Notes: generated by a model not told the origin, from the letters alone. A stretch of 64,000 nucleotides of DNA from Candidatus Bathyarchaeota archaeon (GCA_018396755.1 JAGTQM010000005.1:23620-87619), one strand, 5' to 3'. Shown: positions 8,248 through 18,307, counted from the first letter of the stretch. Numbers and translations: made by a program.

Positions 8248-10542
8248 TTGATTGGGTCTTTCATGAGCGAGAACCTATACTTAAATCCGTCTCTTCCAGT
8301 GGAGAAGCGTGTTGAAGACCTTCTTAAACGGATGACTTTAAAAGAGAAGATTGCTCAGCTCTGCTCGATACCTGCCAGTGTTCTATTCGAAGGGGGACAT
8401 TTCTCTATTGAGAAAGCCCGTAGCATACTTGTAAATGGTATTGGGCAGATAACCCGTTTAGCTGGGGACCATAGGCTTAGGTTGAAGCCTAGAGAGGTTG
8501 CTGAGGCAGCAAACGTTATACAGCGTTTTCTACTCGAGGAAACCAGGCTTCATATACCGGCTATAATACATGAAGAGTGTTTAAGCGGCTTTATGGCTTG
8601 GGGAGCCACTACTTTTCCACAGGCTATAGGTTTAGCTAGTACTTGGAATCCCGACTTAGTTGAGAAAGTTGCTTCAACCATAAGGCGTCAGATGAGAGCC
8701 GTGGGTGCGCATCAGGGTCTTGCACCTGTTTTAGACGTTGCAAGAGACCCAAGGTGGGGCAGGGTTGAAGAAACCTACGGAGAGGAGCCTTATCTCATCG
8801 CCTCAATGGGGGTTTCATACGTTAGAGGATTGCAGGGAGACGAATGGAGGTCTAGGATTTTAGCTACGCCGAAGCACTTTGCGGCTCACGGTTTTCCAGA
8901 AGGTGGGAGGAATTGTGCACCAGTACACATCGGTGTTAGAGAGCTTAGAGAGGTTTTCCTCCTACCGTTTGAAGCAGCCGTTAGAGAAGCTGGAGCACTC
9001 TCCATAATGAGCGCCTACCATGATATCGACGGTGTACCGTGTACGGCATCTAAAACCCTTCTAACGGATATTCTTAGAGGGGAGTGGGGTTTTCAAGGAA
9101 TCGTCGTCTCCGACTATGGGGCGATACATATGCTTCATAGTTTCCACATGATCGCTTCAAACTTGAGAGAAGCCGCTGTTAAAGCTTTAGAGGCTGGTGT
9201 AGATATTGAGCTGCCAGCGGCTCAATGTTACTGGGAGCCTCTCCTAGAAGCTTTGAAAAACGGGGTGATATCCGAGACTGTTGTTGATAGGGCTGTTTCA
9301 AGAGTTTTAAGGGTTAAATTCCTACTGGGGTTGTTTGAAAACCCATATGTGGATGTTGAAGAAGCATCTAGAGTTTTCGATACCATTCAGGATAGAGGTT
9401 TAACTTTACAAGCGGCGAGAGAATCCATAGTTCTCCTTAAGAATGATGGAGTTCTTCCACTCAGCAGGACTGTAGATGCCTTAGCCGTTATAGGGCCTAA
9501 TGCTGCTGAAGCTAGAAATCTCCTCGGAGACTACAGTTATACGGCTCATCTATCTCTTGAAAAGCCAGCCGTTGAAATAGTCAGTATACTTGAAGGTATT
9601 AAAGCCAAGGTTTCACCTGAAACTAAGGTCTACTATGCTCAGGGATGCGGCGTTTCAGACTACTTGAAAGACGGGTTTAAGGAGGCTTTAGATATTGCTG
9701 GAAAATCCAACGTTATTATAGCTGTTATGGGTGAAAGGTCTGGGCTTTCAAAATTCGACGTTTCCGGTGAGGGGCGTGATAGAGATGATACAGGTTTACC
9801 AGGTGTTCAAGAAGAGCTCTTAGAGGCTTTATGTGGACTAGGTAAACCTGTTGTCTTGGTCCTCGTGAACGGTAGACCTCTAGCCTTAAGTAGGATTGTT
9901 GAGAAGTGTGCAGCGGTTATTGAGGCGTGGCTTCCCGGAGAAGAGGGTGGAAATGCTGTTGCAGACGTACTGTTTGGTGATTATAATCCAAGTGGAAGAC
10001 TACCGGTGACATTTCCGAGAAGCTCTGGGCAGATCCCCGTATATTCTGCTATGAAGCCCTCCTCCATTAGAAACTATGTGTTTACGGAGGTTAAGCCGCT
10101 GTTCCCGTTTGGACATGGGTTAAGCTATACGGAGTTTGAATACAGCTTGCTTAATATAAGTCCTGAGAGGGTTGAACCGGATGGCGAGGTCTCTGTAAGC
10201 TGCACCGTTAAGAATGTTGGTGGTTTAAAAGGCGATGAAGTCGTACAAGTCTATGTAAGAGATGAGTATGCAAGCGTTGCGAGACCTGTTAGAGAACTTA
10301 AAGGCTTTAAGAAAATTTCACTTGAGCCTGGCGAAGAGAGGAGAATTACCTTCATAATTTCAACAGACCAGTTGGCTTTCTACGACCATCAGATGAAGTT
10401 CGTAGTAGAACCCGGCTTCTTCAAAGTTATGATAGGTAGGTCTTCTGAAGATATAAGGCTAGCCGGAAGATTTGAAGTGGTTGGATGGAGGGAGGTCTTC
10501 GTCAGTAGTAGGAAGCTGTTCAGCTCTGTGATAGTAGAATAG
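8248..10542 (+). CDS. Glycoside hydrolase family 3 beta-glucosidase/beta-xylosidase
   Basis: 764 aa. Motifs are ARDPRWGRVEETYGE, KHFAAHG and the GFQGIVVSDYGA nucleophile region, plus a C-terminal fibronectin-III-like domain. Confidence 0.9.
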   Translation: MIGSFMSENLYLNPSLPVEKRVEDLLKRMTLKEKIAQLCSIPASVLFEGGHFSIEKARSILVNGIGQITRLAGDHRLRLKPREVAEAANVIQRFLLEETRLHIPAIIHEECLSGFMAWGATTFPQAIGLASTWNPDLVEKVASTIRRQMRAVGAHQGLAPVLDVARDPRWGRVEETYGEEPYLIASMGVSYVRGLQGDEWRSRILATPKHFAAHGFPEGGRNCAPVHIGVRELREVFLLPFEAAVREAGALSIMSAYHDIDGVPCTASKTLLTDILRGEWGFQGIVVSDYGAIHMLHSFHMIASNLREAAVKALEAGVDIELPAAQCYWEPLLEALKNGVISETVVDRAVSRVLRVKFLLGLFENPYVDVEEASRVFDTIQDRGLTLQAARESIVLLKNDGVLPLSRTVDALAVIGPNAAEARNLLGDYSYTAHLSLEKPAVEIVSILEGIKAKVSPETKVYYAQGCGVSDYLKDGFKEALDIAGKSNVIIAVMGERSGLSKFDVSGEGRDRDDTGLPGVQEELLEALCGLGKPVVLVLVNGRPLALSRIVEKCAAVIEAWLPGEEGGNAVADVLFGDYNPSGRLPVTFPRSSGQIPVYSAMKPSSIRNYVFTEVKPLFPFGHGLSYTEFEYSLLNISPERVEPDGEVSVSCTVKNVGGLKGDEVVQVYVRDEYASVARPVRELKGFKKISLEPGEERRITFIISTDQLAFYDHQMKFVVEPGFFKVMIGRSSEDIRLAGRFEVVGWREVFVSSRKLFSSVIVE

Positions 10543-10705
10543 TTAAAATCTAGAAAAAACCTTGAAATCCGATATTACCCCTAATTTTTTAAAATCGGAG
10601 AACACACGGAAAAGTTAAACGTGAGTCAGCTTCCTTTTTTAATTTGAAGTTTTAAGTGTTTAAAGTTTTTATCAGGTTTACCCCTTTCATCCTTTTGGGA
10701 TACTC

Positions 10706-11020
10706 TTGAATAGAACAGTTGCCGCGATAGGCTTAGGGATAACGGTAATGGGGGTTGCAGCAGCGCTTGTAACGCTTTCACCTGAACTGTTGAATACTCT
10801 CATCCCGATAATGCTTATAACGGTTGGAGGTATTATAGCAGCATCTTATAAAATAAACGAGGATTGGGGCTTCTACATGCTCCTATGGGGCTCCATGGTA
10901 GCCGTATTAGGGGTTTTCTGGGCTGTAGCTCAGTACTACCCAACGTATGTGAATACTTTAGCCTTCTTCTACATAGCTCTCATAGGGTTAGCTGTATTCT
11001 TAACTGGAGTACGGAGTTAG
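10706..11020 (+). CDS. Small integral membrane protein, unknown function
   Basis: 104 aa with three to four hydrophobic helices. The overlapping ORF 10864..11109 looks non-coding. Confidence 0.4.
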   Translation: MNRTVAAIGLGITVMGVAAALVTLSPELLNTLIPIMLITVGGIIAASYKINEDWGFYMLLWGSMVAVLGVFWAVAQYYPTYVNTLAFFYIALIGLAVFLTGVRS

Positions 11021-11115
11021 AAAGAGGGGTGTTAGCACACTCAAGATCCCGCTCATCGAATCGCCAGGGCCAGAACTGCCATCCACCCCGTAGAATAAAG
11101 TCTCTTTAGGAATAT

Positions 11116-12165
11116 TTAGAGTTTACGTTTTAATGCTTCACTGAAGACTTCTAGGGCAAAATGCTTCTTCATCTCGCTTAGGAAGTTTTCAGCTTTCTCA
11201 ACGTTTAAACGTCTAGACGTCTTGCCGAAAATCCTCTGAAAGTTTTCAGAGTATATGTTCTTTAGAGCGTTATCTGGAAGTTTAAGACCTATGTATGGCT
11301 CTTTATACCTGGTTAAAAGCTCATCGGCTGAATCTGGCGTGTAGAATTCTTCATCAGACTCTAGGAAGAGCCTTATCATCCAAACTCTAGTAGCGGCTTC
11401 TTCAATGGTCTGCCAATCCATTATATCTGTTCCAAACAGAATACGGTTGCTGTAGTTTGTGAAGAACTCTCTCCAGTCATCTCTCCTCCGGGAAATATTG
11501 TACATGAGCTCTACACCTAAGGAGAGGTCTAAATTCGCGTTCCCATATCTTTTAAGGAATTCTTCAGTACGCTCAACATCCGCCGTTAGAAAGTACATGT
11601 GTGCAAATACTATTTTAAGCTTAGAATGTCTCTCCAAAACGTTCTCCATCTCCTTGTACAGTTCTTCCTTAGTTGGATAGTCTGCTCCGTAGGGTCCCCA
11701 GCCTCTCTTCTTAGCCCAATCTGGACACGTCTCCTCACACCAGAACTCCTCTGGATCTGCAACGTGACATAGGACTGGAAATTCAAGTTCTTCACATGCA
11801 GACCAGAAGCCTTCGAAAAGTGGACTATCCAATGGAGTTCTCCGAGCTTTGGGAGCTGGTTTAGAGCCCATTTCTCCAACTCCGTCGAAGCCTGTTTCTA
11901 AAGCCCCTTCTATAAACCTATACCAGTTTGGCTTAGTCTTGGGGTCTGGCGGCTCAACACCAGCGTAGAAAACCTCGGGATGAGCGGCTTTAAGATAAAG
12001 CCCCAGCCCACCAGCTGAAGCGTAAATCCGACTGAGCCTTGAAACTTCAACGATCTTAAGGTACTTGTCAGTCAAGCGTTTAAGCTGGTTTAAATCTTCT
12101 CGAGATCTAAAGTGGACGTGGCAATCCCAAACTTCAAAAGGCTTAAACATATCAAATTTCAACAC
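11116..12165 (-). CDS. Amidohydrolase-superfamily metal-dependent hydrolase
   Basis: N-terminal WDCHVHF metal-binding motif, later CHVADP and FGTD, which is an amidohydrolase-2-like pattern. Confidence 0.6.
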   Translation of the reverse strand: MLKFDMFKPFEVWDCHVHFRSREDLNQLKRLTDKYLKIVEVSRLSRIYASAGGLGLYLKAAHPEVFYAGVEPPDPKTKPNWYRFIEGALETGFDGVGEMGSKPAPKARRTPLDSPLFEGFWSACEELEFPVLCHVADPEEFWCEETCPDWAKKRGWGPYGADYPTKEELYKEMENVLERHSKLKIVFAHMYFLTADVERTEEFLKRYGNANLDLSLGVELMYNISRRRDDWREFFTNYSNRILFGTDIMDWQTIEEAATRVWMIRLFLESDEEFYTPDSADELLTRYKEPYIGLKLPDNALKNIYSENFQRIFGKTSRRLNVEKAENFLSEMKKHFALEVFSEALKRKL

Positions 12166-12452
12166 TGTGAAACACCGAATAAAAATCTCTTCAACTGGCT
12201 TTAAATGTATTTACAACACTGTTAAAATCTACCCCTCCAGGTTTCTCCATTACATTTTACGAGGTTTTTCCATACATATGCCCTTAAAAATATGGAGACG
12301 CCTTACAATTTTCCATCAAATAACAGTTTTAGTAGTGTGGTTAACTATGTCATTGGTTATTTGTTGTATAAACTCCTTCATATTATTAGTGACCATGCTA
12401 CCGTTTAATTATATCAAAATTTTAAGAGGAGGCTAATGTTTTAAAATTTAAG

Positions 12453-12968
12453 GTGGTATTCTTGCTGAGAGAGGTTCCGGTGGAGGAGGCTTGGAGGAGG
12501 AAGTACCCTGAGAGGACGATCCTAGTGGTTTCTGTTAATAGGGAGGGGAGACCTAATATCATAACGCTCGGCTGGAATATGCCGACTTCTGTGAGACCGC
12601 CCATGGTCGCAATATCTATTGGCGTCTCAAGATACAGCCATAAGCTTATAAGTGAAAGCGGAGAATTCGTCTTAGCCTTTCCAAGTGAAGGAATGGAGAA
12701 TGCCATCCTATTCTGCGGGACATACTCTGGGAGAGACGTAGACAAGTTTAAAGCAACAGGTCTTACGCCTATTAAGGCGAAGTATGTAAAGCCTCCGCTA
12801 ATAGGTGAAGCTACGGTGAATATGGAGTGTCGAATCGCCAGCTCGATTAGAACAGGAGACCATACGATTTTCGTAGGCGAGATACTGACCGCTTATGTTT
12901 CCGAAGATGATAAACCAGTACTCTTCAACATGGGTAATTGCGTGTTTAAAGGATTTAAATGCTGGTAA
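12453..12968 (+). CDS. Flavin reductase-like FMN-binding split-barrel protein
   Basis: PNIITLGW..PPMVAISIG.SRYSHKLI.ESGEFVLAFP pattern of the flavin reductase family. Confidence 0.75.
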   Translation: MVFLLREVPVEEAWRRKYPERTILVVSVNREGRPNIITLGWNMPTSVRPPMVAISIGVSRYSHKLISESGEFVLAFPSEGMENAILFCGTYSGRDVDKFKATGLTPIKAKYVKPPLIGEATVNMECRIASSIRTGDHTIFVGEILTAYVSEDDKPVLFNMGNCVFKGFKCW

Positions 12969-13059
12969 ATCATACGAAGTAGTTTTTCTCATGTATTAGC
13001 AATCTAGAAGGCAAAGTTTAAAATAACCGTCTTTAAACAATAACTGAACAGAGGGATAT

Positions 13060-13133
13060 GCCGCCGTAGCTCAGCTCGGTAGAGCAGCGGGCTGTTAACC
13101 CGTTGGTCGGCGGTTCAAGTCCGCCCGGCGGCG
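13060..13133 (+). tRNA. tRNA-Asn (GTT), no intron
   Basis: Hand-folded cloverleaf. Acceptor gccgccg/cggcggc, D arm gctc/gagc, anticodon loop ctGTTaa, T arm ggcgg-ttcaagt-ccgcc, discriminator g. Confidence 0.9.
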
Positions 13134-13235
13134 CTATTTCATACTAGTCCAATTAGTTTAAACTATAGGTATATGGTGAAATTAGGGTTTTCAACCAACT
13201 ACTAATATATTATGATGGATGTGGATATGTTATTT

Positions 13236-14360
13236 TCACCATTCTTTTAACGGTTTTAGTTGGAAGCTCGTTTGAAGATGCTGGGTTTTCTCTGTTTTAG
13301 CGGATAAGTAGGCTTTCTCGATTATTTCGATTACATGTCTAGCGTGTTCACCTGAGATTACTGGCTCTTTATCGTTCAATATACAGTCTATTAGATGCAT
13401 TATGTCCGAGTATATGTGGGCTTCAGGAAGCTTTACGTGAACCCCTGAAACATATGGAAGCCTACTAGACGGTTCTTCAATGTAATGCCAACTTTCCAGT
13501 TTACGGCTCCAAACCTCTATATGACCATGCTCCAACTTTAAAACACCGTCACTACCAGCTATGTGAAGCCCTGAGAACGGTTCTCCATCACCCATGCAGA
13601 AAGCTGAATGTAGAAGGGCGAATATTGAATCTCCGAAGTCTAGTAGCATAACAGTATTATCATCCATTTCTACTTCAACTTCTTTGCCTAAGATTATTCT
13701 ACGTTTAAGCCCTATGCCGGACATAGCTGTAACCCTCATAGCTGGGCCCAGTACCCCCGTTATTAGATGTAGAGCATATATGCCCATATCGTAAACTGGT
13801 CCTCCACCCCTCTTATAGTACCATGATGGGTCTATTGCTACAACTAAGTCTCCTGGTTTACGGAAGTCCTCGTATTCATGCCCTTCAGCCGTCGCCCCGG
13901 TTCTAACCCAGTAGATCTTACCTACAATACCGTCTTTTAACATACTTCGAACCCTCTCAATATCTTTTCTGAAAGCTATCCCAGGTGAAGCTACGAGCTT
14001 AACCTCGGCTCTGTCTCTTTCATTTAGAAGCGTATCGGCTTCTTCAACCGTTAGAGTCATAGGCTTGTTCAAGTGTACATGCACCCCGGCCCTAATGGCT
14101 TTTAAAGCCTGCTCATAGTGTAACTGTATTGGAGTGGCTATCGTCACGGCGTCTAAGCCAGCTTTTGAAAGCATATCTTCGTAACTACTGTACCATTCAT
14201 CGGCGTTGAAACGCTCTTTACATGCTTTAGCTCTTTCCTCAACTACGTCGCAGATAGCTGCAAGCCTAACCTTGTCTTTAACGTCTTCAGCTGAAAGGTG
14301 CGGAAGTAGTCCTCTCTGAGATACGCTTCCACATCCAACTATGCCTATTCTAATAGACAT
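13236..14360 (-). CDS. Gfo/Idh/MocA-family NAD(P)-dependent oxidoreductase
   Basis: N-terminal Rossmann motif IGIVGCGSVSQRG, then an EKP-like LNKPM motif; 374 aa. Confidence 0.85.
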   Translation of the reverse strand: MSIRIGIVGCGSVSQRGLLPHLSAEDVKDKVRLAAICDVVEERAKACKERFNADEWYSSYEDMLSKAGLDAVTIATPIQLHYEQALKAIRAGVHVHLNKPMTLTVEEADTLLNERDRAEVKLVASPGIAFRKDIERVRSMLKDGIVGKIYWVRTGATAEGHEYEDFRKPGDLVVAIDPSWYYKRGGGPVYDMGIYALHLITGVLGPAMRVTAMSGIGLKRRIILGKEVEVEMDDNTVMLLDFGDSIFALLHSAFCMGDGEPFSGLHIAGSDGVLKLEHGHIEVWSRKLESWHYIEEPSSRLPYVSGVHVKLPEAHIYSDIMHLIDCILNDKEPVISGEHARHVIEIIEKAYLSAKTEKTQHLQTSFQLKPLKEW

Positions 14361-14373
14361 GGAAGACCCTCTG

Positions 14374-15162
14374 CTACCAGTACTTTTTCATCAATTCTCT
14401 TAAAAGGCTGAGGCTTTCCTCCACTTCACTCCAGTCGTCTATTTCAAAAGTCCAATACCAGTCGTAGTACTTCTTCAACGCTTTAAACATGGCCTCGTAA
14501 TCTACATTCTTCAAATCTATTCTACCTGAGTGTAAAGCCACTATTCTATGCCCTACAAGTTCTATCTCCTCATGAGGCCTCATGGTTCCCCTAGGCCAGT
14601 AGCAGTGCTCATACACGCCTAAGTGTTTACTAGCTATTTCATCAACCATTCTACATAATTCTCTAAGCCCACCTAAGCCTAAGCGGGCCCAAATTCCACC
14701 TTCAAGACCCAGTTTTACACCGTAGTCTTCAGCCGCATCTACAAGAGATAGTAGTATGTTTTTGGCTTCATCCCAATTTTCAGCTCTACTTACTCCGAAG
14801 TGTATGAGTAGAACTTTTCCTCCCAAGTCAGCCGTCAGCTTTACATCTTCCTTTAAAATTTCCAAACCTCTACTCCAATGCTTAAGCCTAGGACAGTATC
14901 TAGAGTAGCCCCAAGCCCAATCTGAGGATAGACTGGCCAATTCCACACCGTAACTCCGACAAAGCTCACCAATCCTCCGCCTATCTTCAACCGTTAAATC
15001 TTCAGACCATGCTCCAAAATCATCACCCCATGGAGATTTGGGGTCTAAGCAAAGCTCCACACCATTCAACCCAAGTCTAGAGGCAAACCTTAAAGCAGGT
15101 TCAAAAGAATGCCCCCCAGTCTTCTCGGGTTTCGAAAAACCCACTCTTAAACCAATCTTCAT
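14374..15162 (-). CDS. Sugar phosphate isomerase/epimerase (xylose-isomerase-like TIM barrel)
   Basis: 262 aa TIM-barrel pattern (GVELCLD, LIHFG, GLEGG). It lies 13 nt upstream of the Gfo/Idh/MocA gene on the same strand. Confidence 0.75.
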   Translation of the reverse strand: MKIGLRVGFSKPEKTGGHSFEPALRFASRLGLNGVELCLDPKSPWGDDFGAWSEDLTVEDRRRIGELCRSYGVELASLSSDWAWGYSRYCPRLKHWSRGLEILKEDVKLTADLGGKVLLIHFGVSRAENWDEAKNILLSLVDAAEDYGVKLGLEGGIWARLGLGGLRELCRMVDEIASKHLGVYEHCYWPRGTMRPHEEIELVGHRIVALHSGRIDLKNVDYEAMFKALKKYYDWYWTFEIDDWSEVEESLSLLRELMKKYW

Positions 15163-15266
15163 AGTACCACAACCTCATCTATTATAGATGAGCACAATTA
15201 AACCTTAATGTTAAAGTGAAAGCTGAAAAGTTTAAGAGAAACCAGTAGAAGTAAGAACTTACAGAT

Positions 15267-15341
15267 GGGCCGGTAGATCAGCCTGGTATGATCGCCCCCT
15301 TGGCATGGGGGAGGCCGAGGGTTCAAATCCCTCCCGGTCCA
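15267..15341 (+). tRNA. tRNA-Ala (GGC), no intron
   Basis: Acceptor gggccgg/ccggtcc with the G3:U70 identity pair, anticodon stem ccccc/ggggg, loop ttGGCat, T arm gaggg-ttcaaat-ccctc. Confidence 0.9.
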
Positions 15342-15481
15342 CTCCTAATTGAGCGTGAAACCTTTTTATGGTCCCCGTGCGCTTTAATATCTTCGGCTTT
15401 CTTTACGAATTTGATATCATCATCTACAGGCTCTATTTTCACTCCCTCGATTTTTTGTAGGACAAACAGTCTTAGAATAGC

Positions 15482-15847
15482 CTATTTTGTCATCTCTACT
15501 GCGACAGGCTTTTGCATCTTAGCCTTTTCTTGCTCTGCTATCTGTAGAGAAAGTTGTATTTCGTACTCCTTTAACATCTTAACCATAGGGTTTTCTAGGT
15601 TAATTTTGTACAGATTTGCCTTACCTATTCTTCTTGAAACGGTGACAATTCCATACTTCTCTAAGTCTTTGAAGTACTTGTAGAAAGTCTGCTTGCTCAT
15701 TCCCAGGGCTTCTATCACTTCCTTCTTAGTGAAGTCGAAGAGTGGGTTGTCTAGGAAAAAGTCTATTATCCTAAGCTTGGGCGAGTCTCCAAGTGTCTTC
15801 AACAAGAGTGATTGGTATTCCTTCTTCCTATACAGTTCTTCTGGCAT
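15482..15847 (-). CDS. Winged-helix DNA-binding protein (putative transcriptional regulator)
   Basis: FTKKEVIEALGMSKQTFYKYFKDLEKYGIVTVSRRIGKANLYKIN is an HTH plus wing pattern. Confidence 0.6.
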   Translation of the reverse strand: MPEELYRKKEYQSLLLKTLGDSPKLRIIDFFLDNPLFDFTKKEVIEALGMSKQTFYKYFKDLEKYGIVTVSRRIGKANLYKINLENPMVKMLKEYEIQLSLQIAEQEKAKMQKPVAVEMTK

Positions 15848-15919
15848 AACTATCTAGAGATTATTTTTTAAAAAGCAAGTATTTATACTTTAACTTCTAA
15901 AGGTATTATAAGTGAACTT

Positions 15920-16198
15920 ATGTTCAAGCAAGAAGTAAGCGATGAGGAAATCAAAGCCGACTTAATGTATCGCCTTCTCAGAAAGCATTGCTGGGGCGCT
16001 AAATACCTGCCAGTTGACACGCTCGTTAATTGGATCAGCAAACAAATAATAAAAAACGGCAAAAGAATTGGGAAGTGCGTGGAAGAGTTGGCTGGGGAAG
16101 GATATGTCTTGCTCCACAAAAGGGGTGAAACCATTTCCCTAAATCCAGCAAGAAGCAGAGAGATAGCAGAACATATCAAAAAAGTTTTGAAGATCTAA
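15920..16198 (+). CDS. Hypothetical small protein (possible winged-helix)
   Basis: 92-aa ORF divergent from the wHTH gene, with a GKCVEELAGEGYVLLHKRGETISLNP wing-like segment. Confidence 0.4.
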   Translation: MFKQEVSDEEIKADLMYRLLRKHCWGAKYLPVDTLVNWISKQIIKNGKRIGKCVEELAGEGYVLLHKRGETISLNPARSREIAEHIKKVLKI

Positions 16199-16407
16199 CC
16201 TTCTAGCTCATCTTTCTACGTCTAATGGAAAATGGCTCAGGATACCGATAAGGATTAAAGATAAAACTAGTCGATTCTTGTAACCTGTTATCAACTTTAA
16301 GCTCAAATGCAAAGTTACTTAAATGGCTCGATTTCGATCATAGCTCCTCCTTCACTGTTGTTGCCATTTTAGATGCGTATTCGTCTCCCTTAAATGGTAT
16401 AAGCTGA

Positions 16408-16850
16408 GTACAGATCAGCACGGTCTATAGTCGTCTCGACAGCTTTCACAATCAGACATACGACGAATTCGTTGAGAGACTAAGAAGCTATCAAGAGTTC
16501 TTCCAGATGCCCGTGCCACCAAACTTAAACGGATGGAAGAGATTCGGAGAATTCGTCTGGGGTGACATTTTCCCTCCAAAACTCGGATGGGATGTCTTCG
16601 ATCAGATGGCCCATCAGGTGCATCAAATGGGAAGCAGAATACGCCTAGCCATCAATCCCTTTCTGCTGGACATACGCACGCCTTTGTGGCTACAGGGTCA
16701 CTATTTCAACTGCTCAGCAAGAGATGAAGGGGAAGGGAAATATCTTTGAATCTTTTGAAGAGGAGAGGTTACAAACTGTGGTATGGGGAGGATACTAGAA
16801 TTCCAGATTATGATGTTTCAGATGCATCCTTAAGACGAAAAAATTTATGA
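16408..16850 (+). pseudogene. Frameshifted, truncated remnant of a GH31-like glycosidase
   Basis: Open-frame pieces read ..YDEFVERLRSYQEFFQMPVPP..FPPKLGWDVFDQ..VHQMGSRIRLAINPFL..GKYL, then VWGGY and IPDYDVSDASLRR in other frames. This resembles the central region of GH31 enzymes. There is no intact start or end. Confidence 0.35.
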
Positions 16851-16971
16851 TTCGAGTTTAAATGAAATATGATTGCATCTATAAGGAGGAGTTAAAATGA
16901 TTGGGAATAGTTGATAAACCTTATAAGTTAAACTTTATAGGTTAGTTAACCATAATATCGTTGGTGAATAC

Positions 16972-17217
16972 GTGGTCAGAGTTGTACTGAAAGTAAGGAA
17001 TAAAGGCGTGCTGATACTGCCGAAGTCTCTGAGAGAGGTTGCTGGTATAGGTGAAGGTGAGGTGGCTGTTGAGGCTAGGGAGGGGGAGATAGTGATAAGA
17101 CCTCTCAAGCCAAGAATTGTCGATATAGACCACCGCATTGTTGAAGAGATACTAGGCGAGGAGAGTAGGCTTGAGGAGGAGAAGTTTAAGAGAATCCTTA
17201 GAGGCGTACGTGGTTGA
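16972..17217 (+). CDS. vapB: AbrB/SpoVT-family antitoxin (VapB-like)
   Basis: NKGVLILPKSLREVAGIGEGEVAVEAREGEIVIRP is a swapped-hairpin AbrB motif. The gene overlaps the downstream PIN gene. Confidence 0.7.
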   Translation: MVRVVLKVRNKGVLILPKSLREVAGIGEGEVAVEAREGEIVIRPLKPRIVDIDHRIVEEILGEESRLEEEKFKRILRGVRG

Positions 17218-17650
17218 TACGGGGGTTCTAGTAGAGTATATAGTAAGGGGTTCACCTCATAGAAGCGCCGTTGAGAAGCTGCTTAACGACGTGCTGAAGA
17301 AGATCGTAGAGCTATACGTAACACCCATTACAGTCTCAGAGCTCATATACGTAGCATCTAGACTTTACGAGCTGGCTGGCGTTGAGAAGCCCAACGAGGA
17401 AGCGCTGAACTTCGTTAAGTGGCTTACTATGAGAGCTAAGACAGTAGAGGTAGCACCAGACATAGCGGTTGAAGTCGGAGAGCTCAGGAAAAAGCTTAGA
17501 ATAGCTCTATCAGACTGCTATGTAATAGCTACCGCAATAAAGCTCCAGGCAAAAGCACTCTTTCTAAGGCCGGAGAAGGAGATGCTCGATAGAATAGAAG
17601 AGCTGAGAGAGCTACCTATAGCATTTCTCACAGAGGCCAGCTTGAGATAA
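17210..17650 (+). CDS. vapC: PIN-domain ribonuclease toxin (VapC)
   Basis: VVDTGVLVEY at the N-terminus and LSDCYVIATAIKLQAKAL near the C-terminus. GTG at 17210 overlaps the vapB stop. The track ORF begins at 17171. Confidence 0.75.
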   Translation: MVDTGVLVEYIVRGSPHRSAVEKLLNDVLKKIVELYVTPITVSELIYVASRLYELAGVEKPNEEALNFVKWLTMRAKTVEVAPDIAVEVGELRKKLRIALSDCYVIATAIKLQAKALFLRPEKEMLDRIEELRELPIAFLTEASLR

Positions 17651-18038
17651 AGGAAACGACACTTAGGTTCTTCTACTAGTTTGTTTATGCTTATTCTTCT
17701 CAGTCCTTGCTTCTCACTTCATTAACTCATCATTGGTCGTTTCCCCTTTAACGAGTATTAACAATATTTTTTCTAGCTGTTCAATAACCCTTTCCTTATC
17801 GTCCTCTGAATAGCTTGTCGTTGCAAATGTTTCCTTCCAGCTATTTAAGAATATAGCCCTTTTTAACACAGGAATAATTTTCTCCTGAATTTTTAACTTC
17901 AACACTTTTAGATGAGGTAATATCTCTTTTACCCTCTCTTTCAGTCTTGGTGGAATGACATTTTATGCATTAGCGAGGCTTTGTGAAACCATCTGTCTTC
18001 TCAGAAAGGCTTTGAATTGCTTTCAAAAGCTCTTCTCA

Positions 18039-18113
18039 GCAAATTTAATCACTAAGGTGATTAAATTTGCCTTCCTGCTCATCATCTCTATTAATTAGGC
18101 AAATTTAATCACC
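18039..18113. repeat. Three copies of a 14-16 nt element (direct-inverted-direct) able to form two mutually exclusive hairpins
   Basis: gcaaatttaatcac at 18039-18052. Its reverse complement is within ggtgattaaatttgcc at 18056-18071. ggcaaatttaatcacc is at 18098-18113. Confidence 0.9.
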
Positions 18114-18307
18114 TTATCAACAACTTCCTCAACCAACTCTCTAACATCATCCTGCTCCAATCTTGTTGCTTTTACGTTGAAAATCTTCTTCACCAAATTC
18201 ATCGTTGACCTAGGGGCACCAGGATGCCCCAAGCCGCCAGTAAGAGGCGTAGTAATAGCTCCAACAACACTAGCCACGCTTATAATAGCAACGAGAAAAC
18301 TCCTAAA

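Noticed and set aside
10864-11109. 81-aa ORF overlapping the small membrane-protein gene in another frame.
   Set aside because: Its composition is Arg/Ser/Leu-rich, with no hydrophobic or family pattern. The 10706..11020 frame has coherent TM helices.
12065-12436. 123-aa ORF spanning the intergenic region after the amidohydrolase gene.
   Set aside because: It overlaps the 5' end of the amidohydrolase gene on the other strand, then runs through AT-rich promoter-like DNA. I recognise no motifs in it.
15288-15683. Track ORFs overlapping tRNA genes: 15288..15683 over tRNA-Ala, 43540..43740 over tRNA-Glu, and 26170..26358 over tRNA-Thr.
   Set aside because: They run through structured RNA genes and have low-complexity, non-protein-like sequences. 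They are artefacts of open frames.
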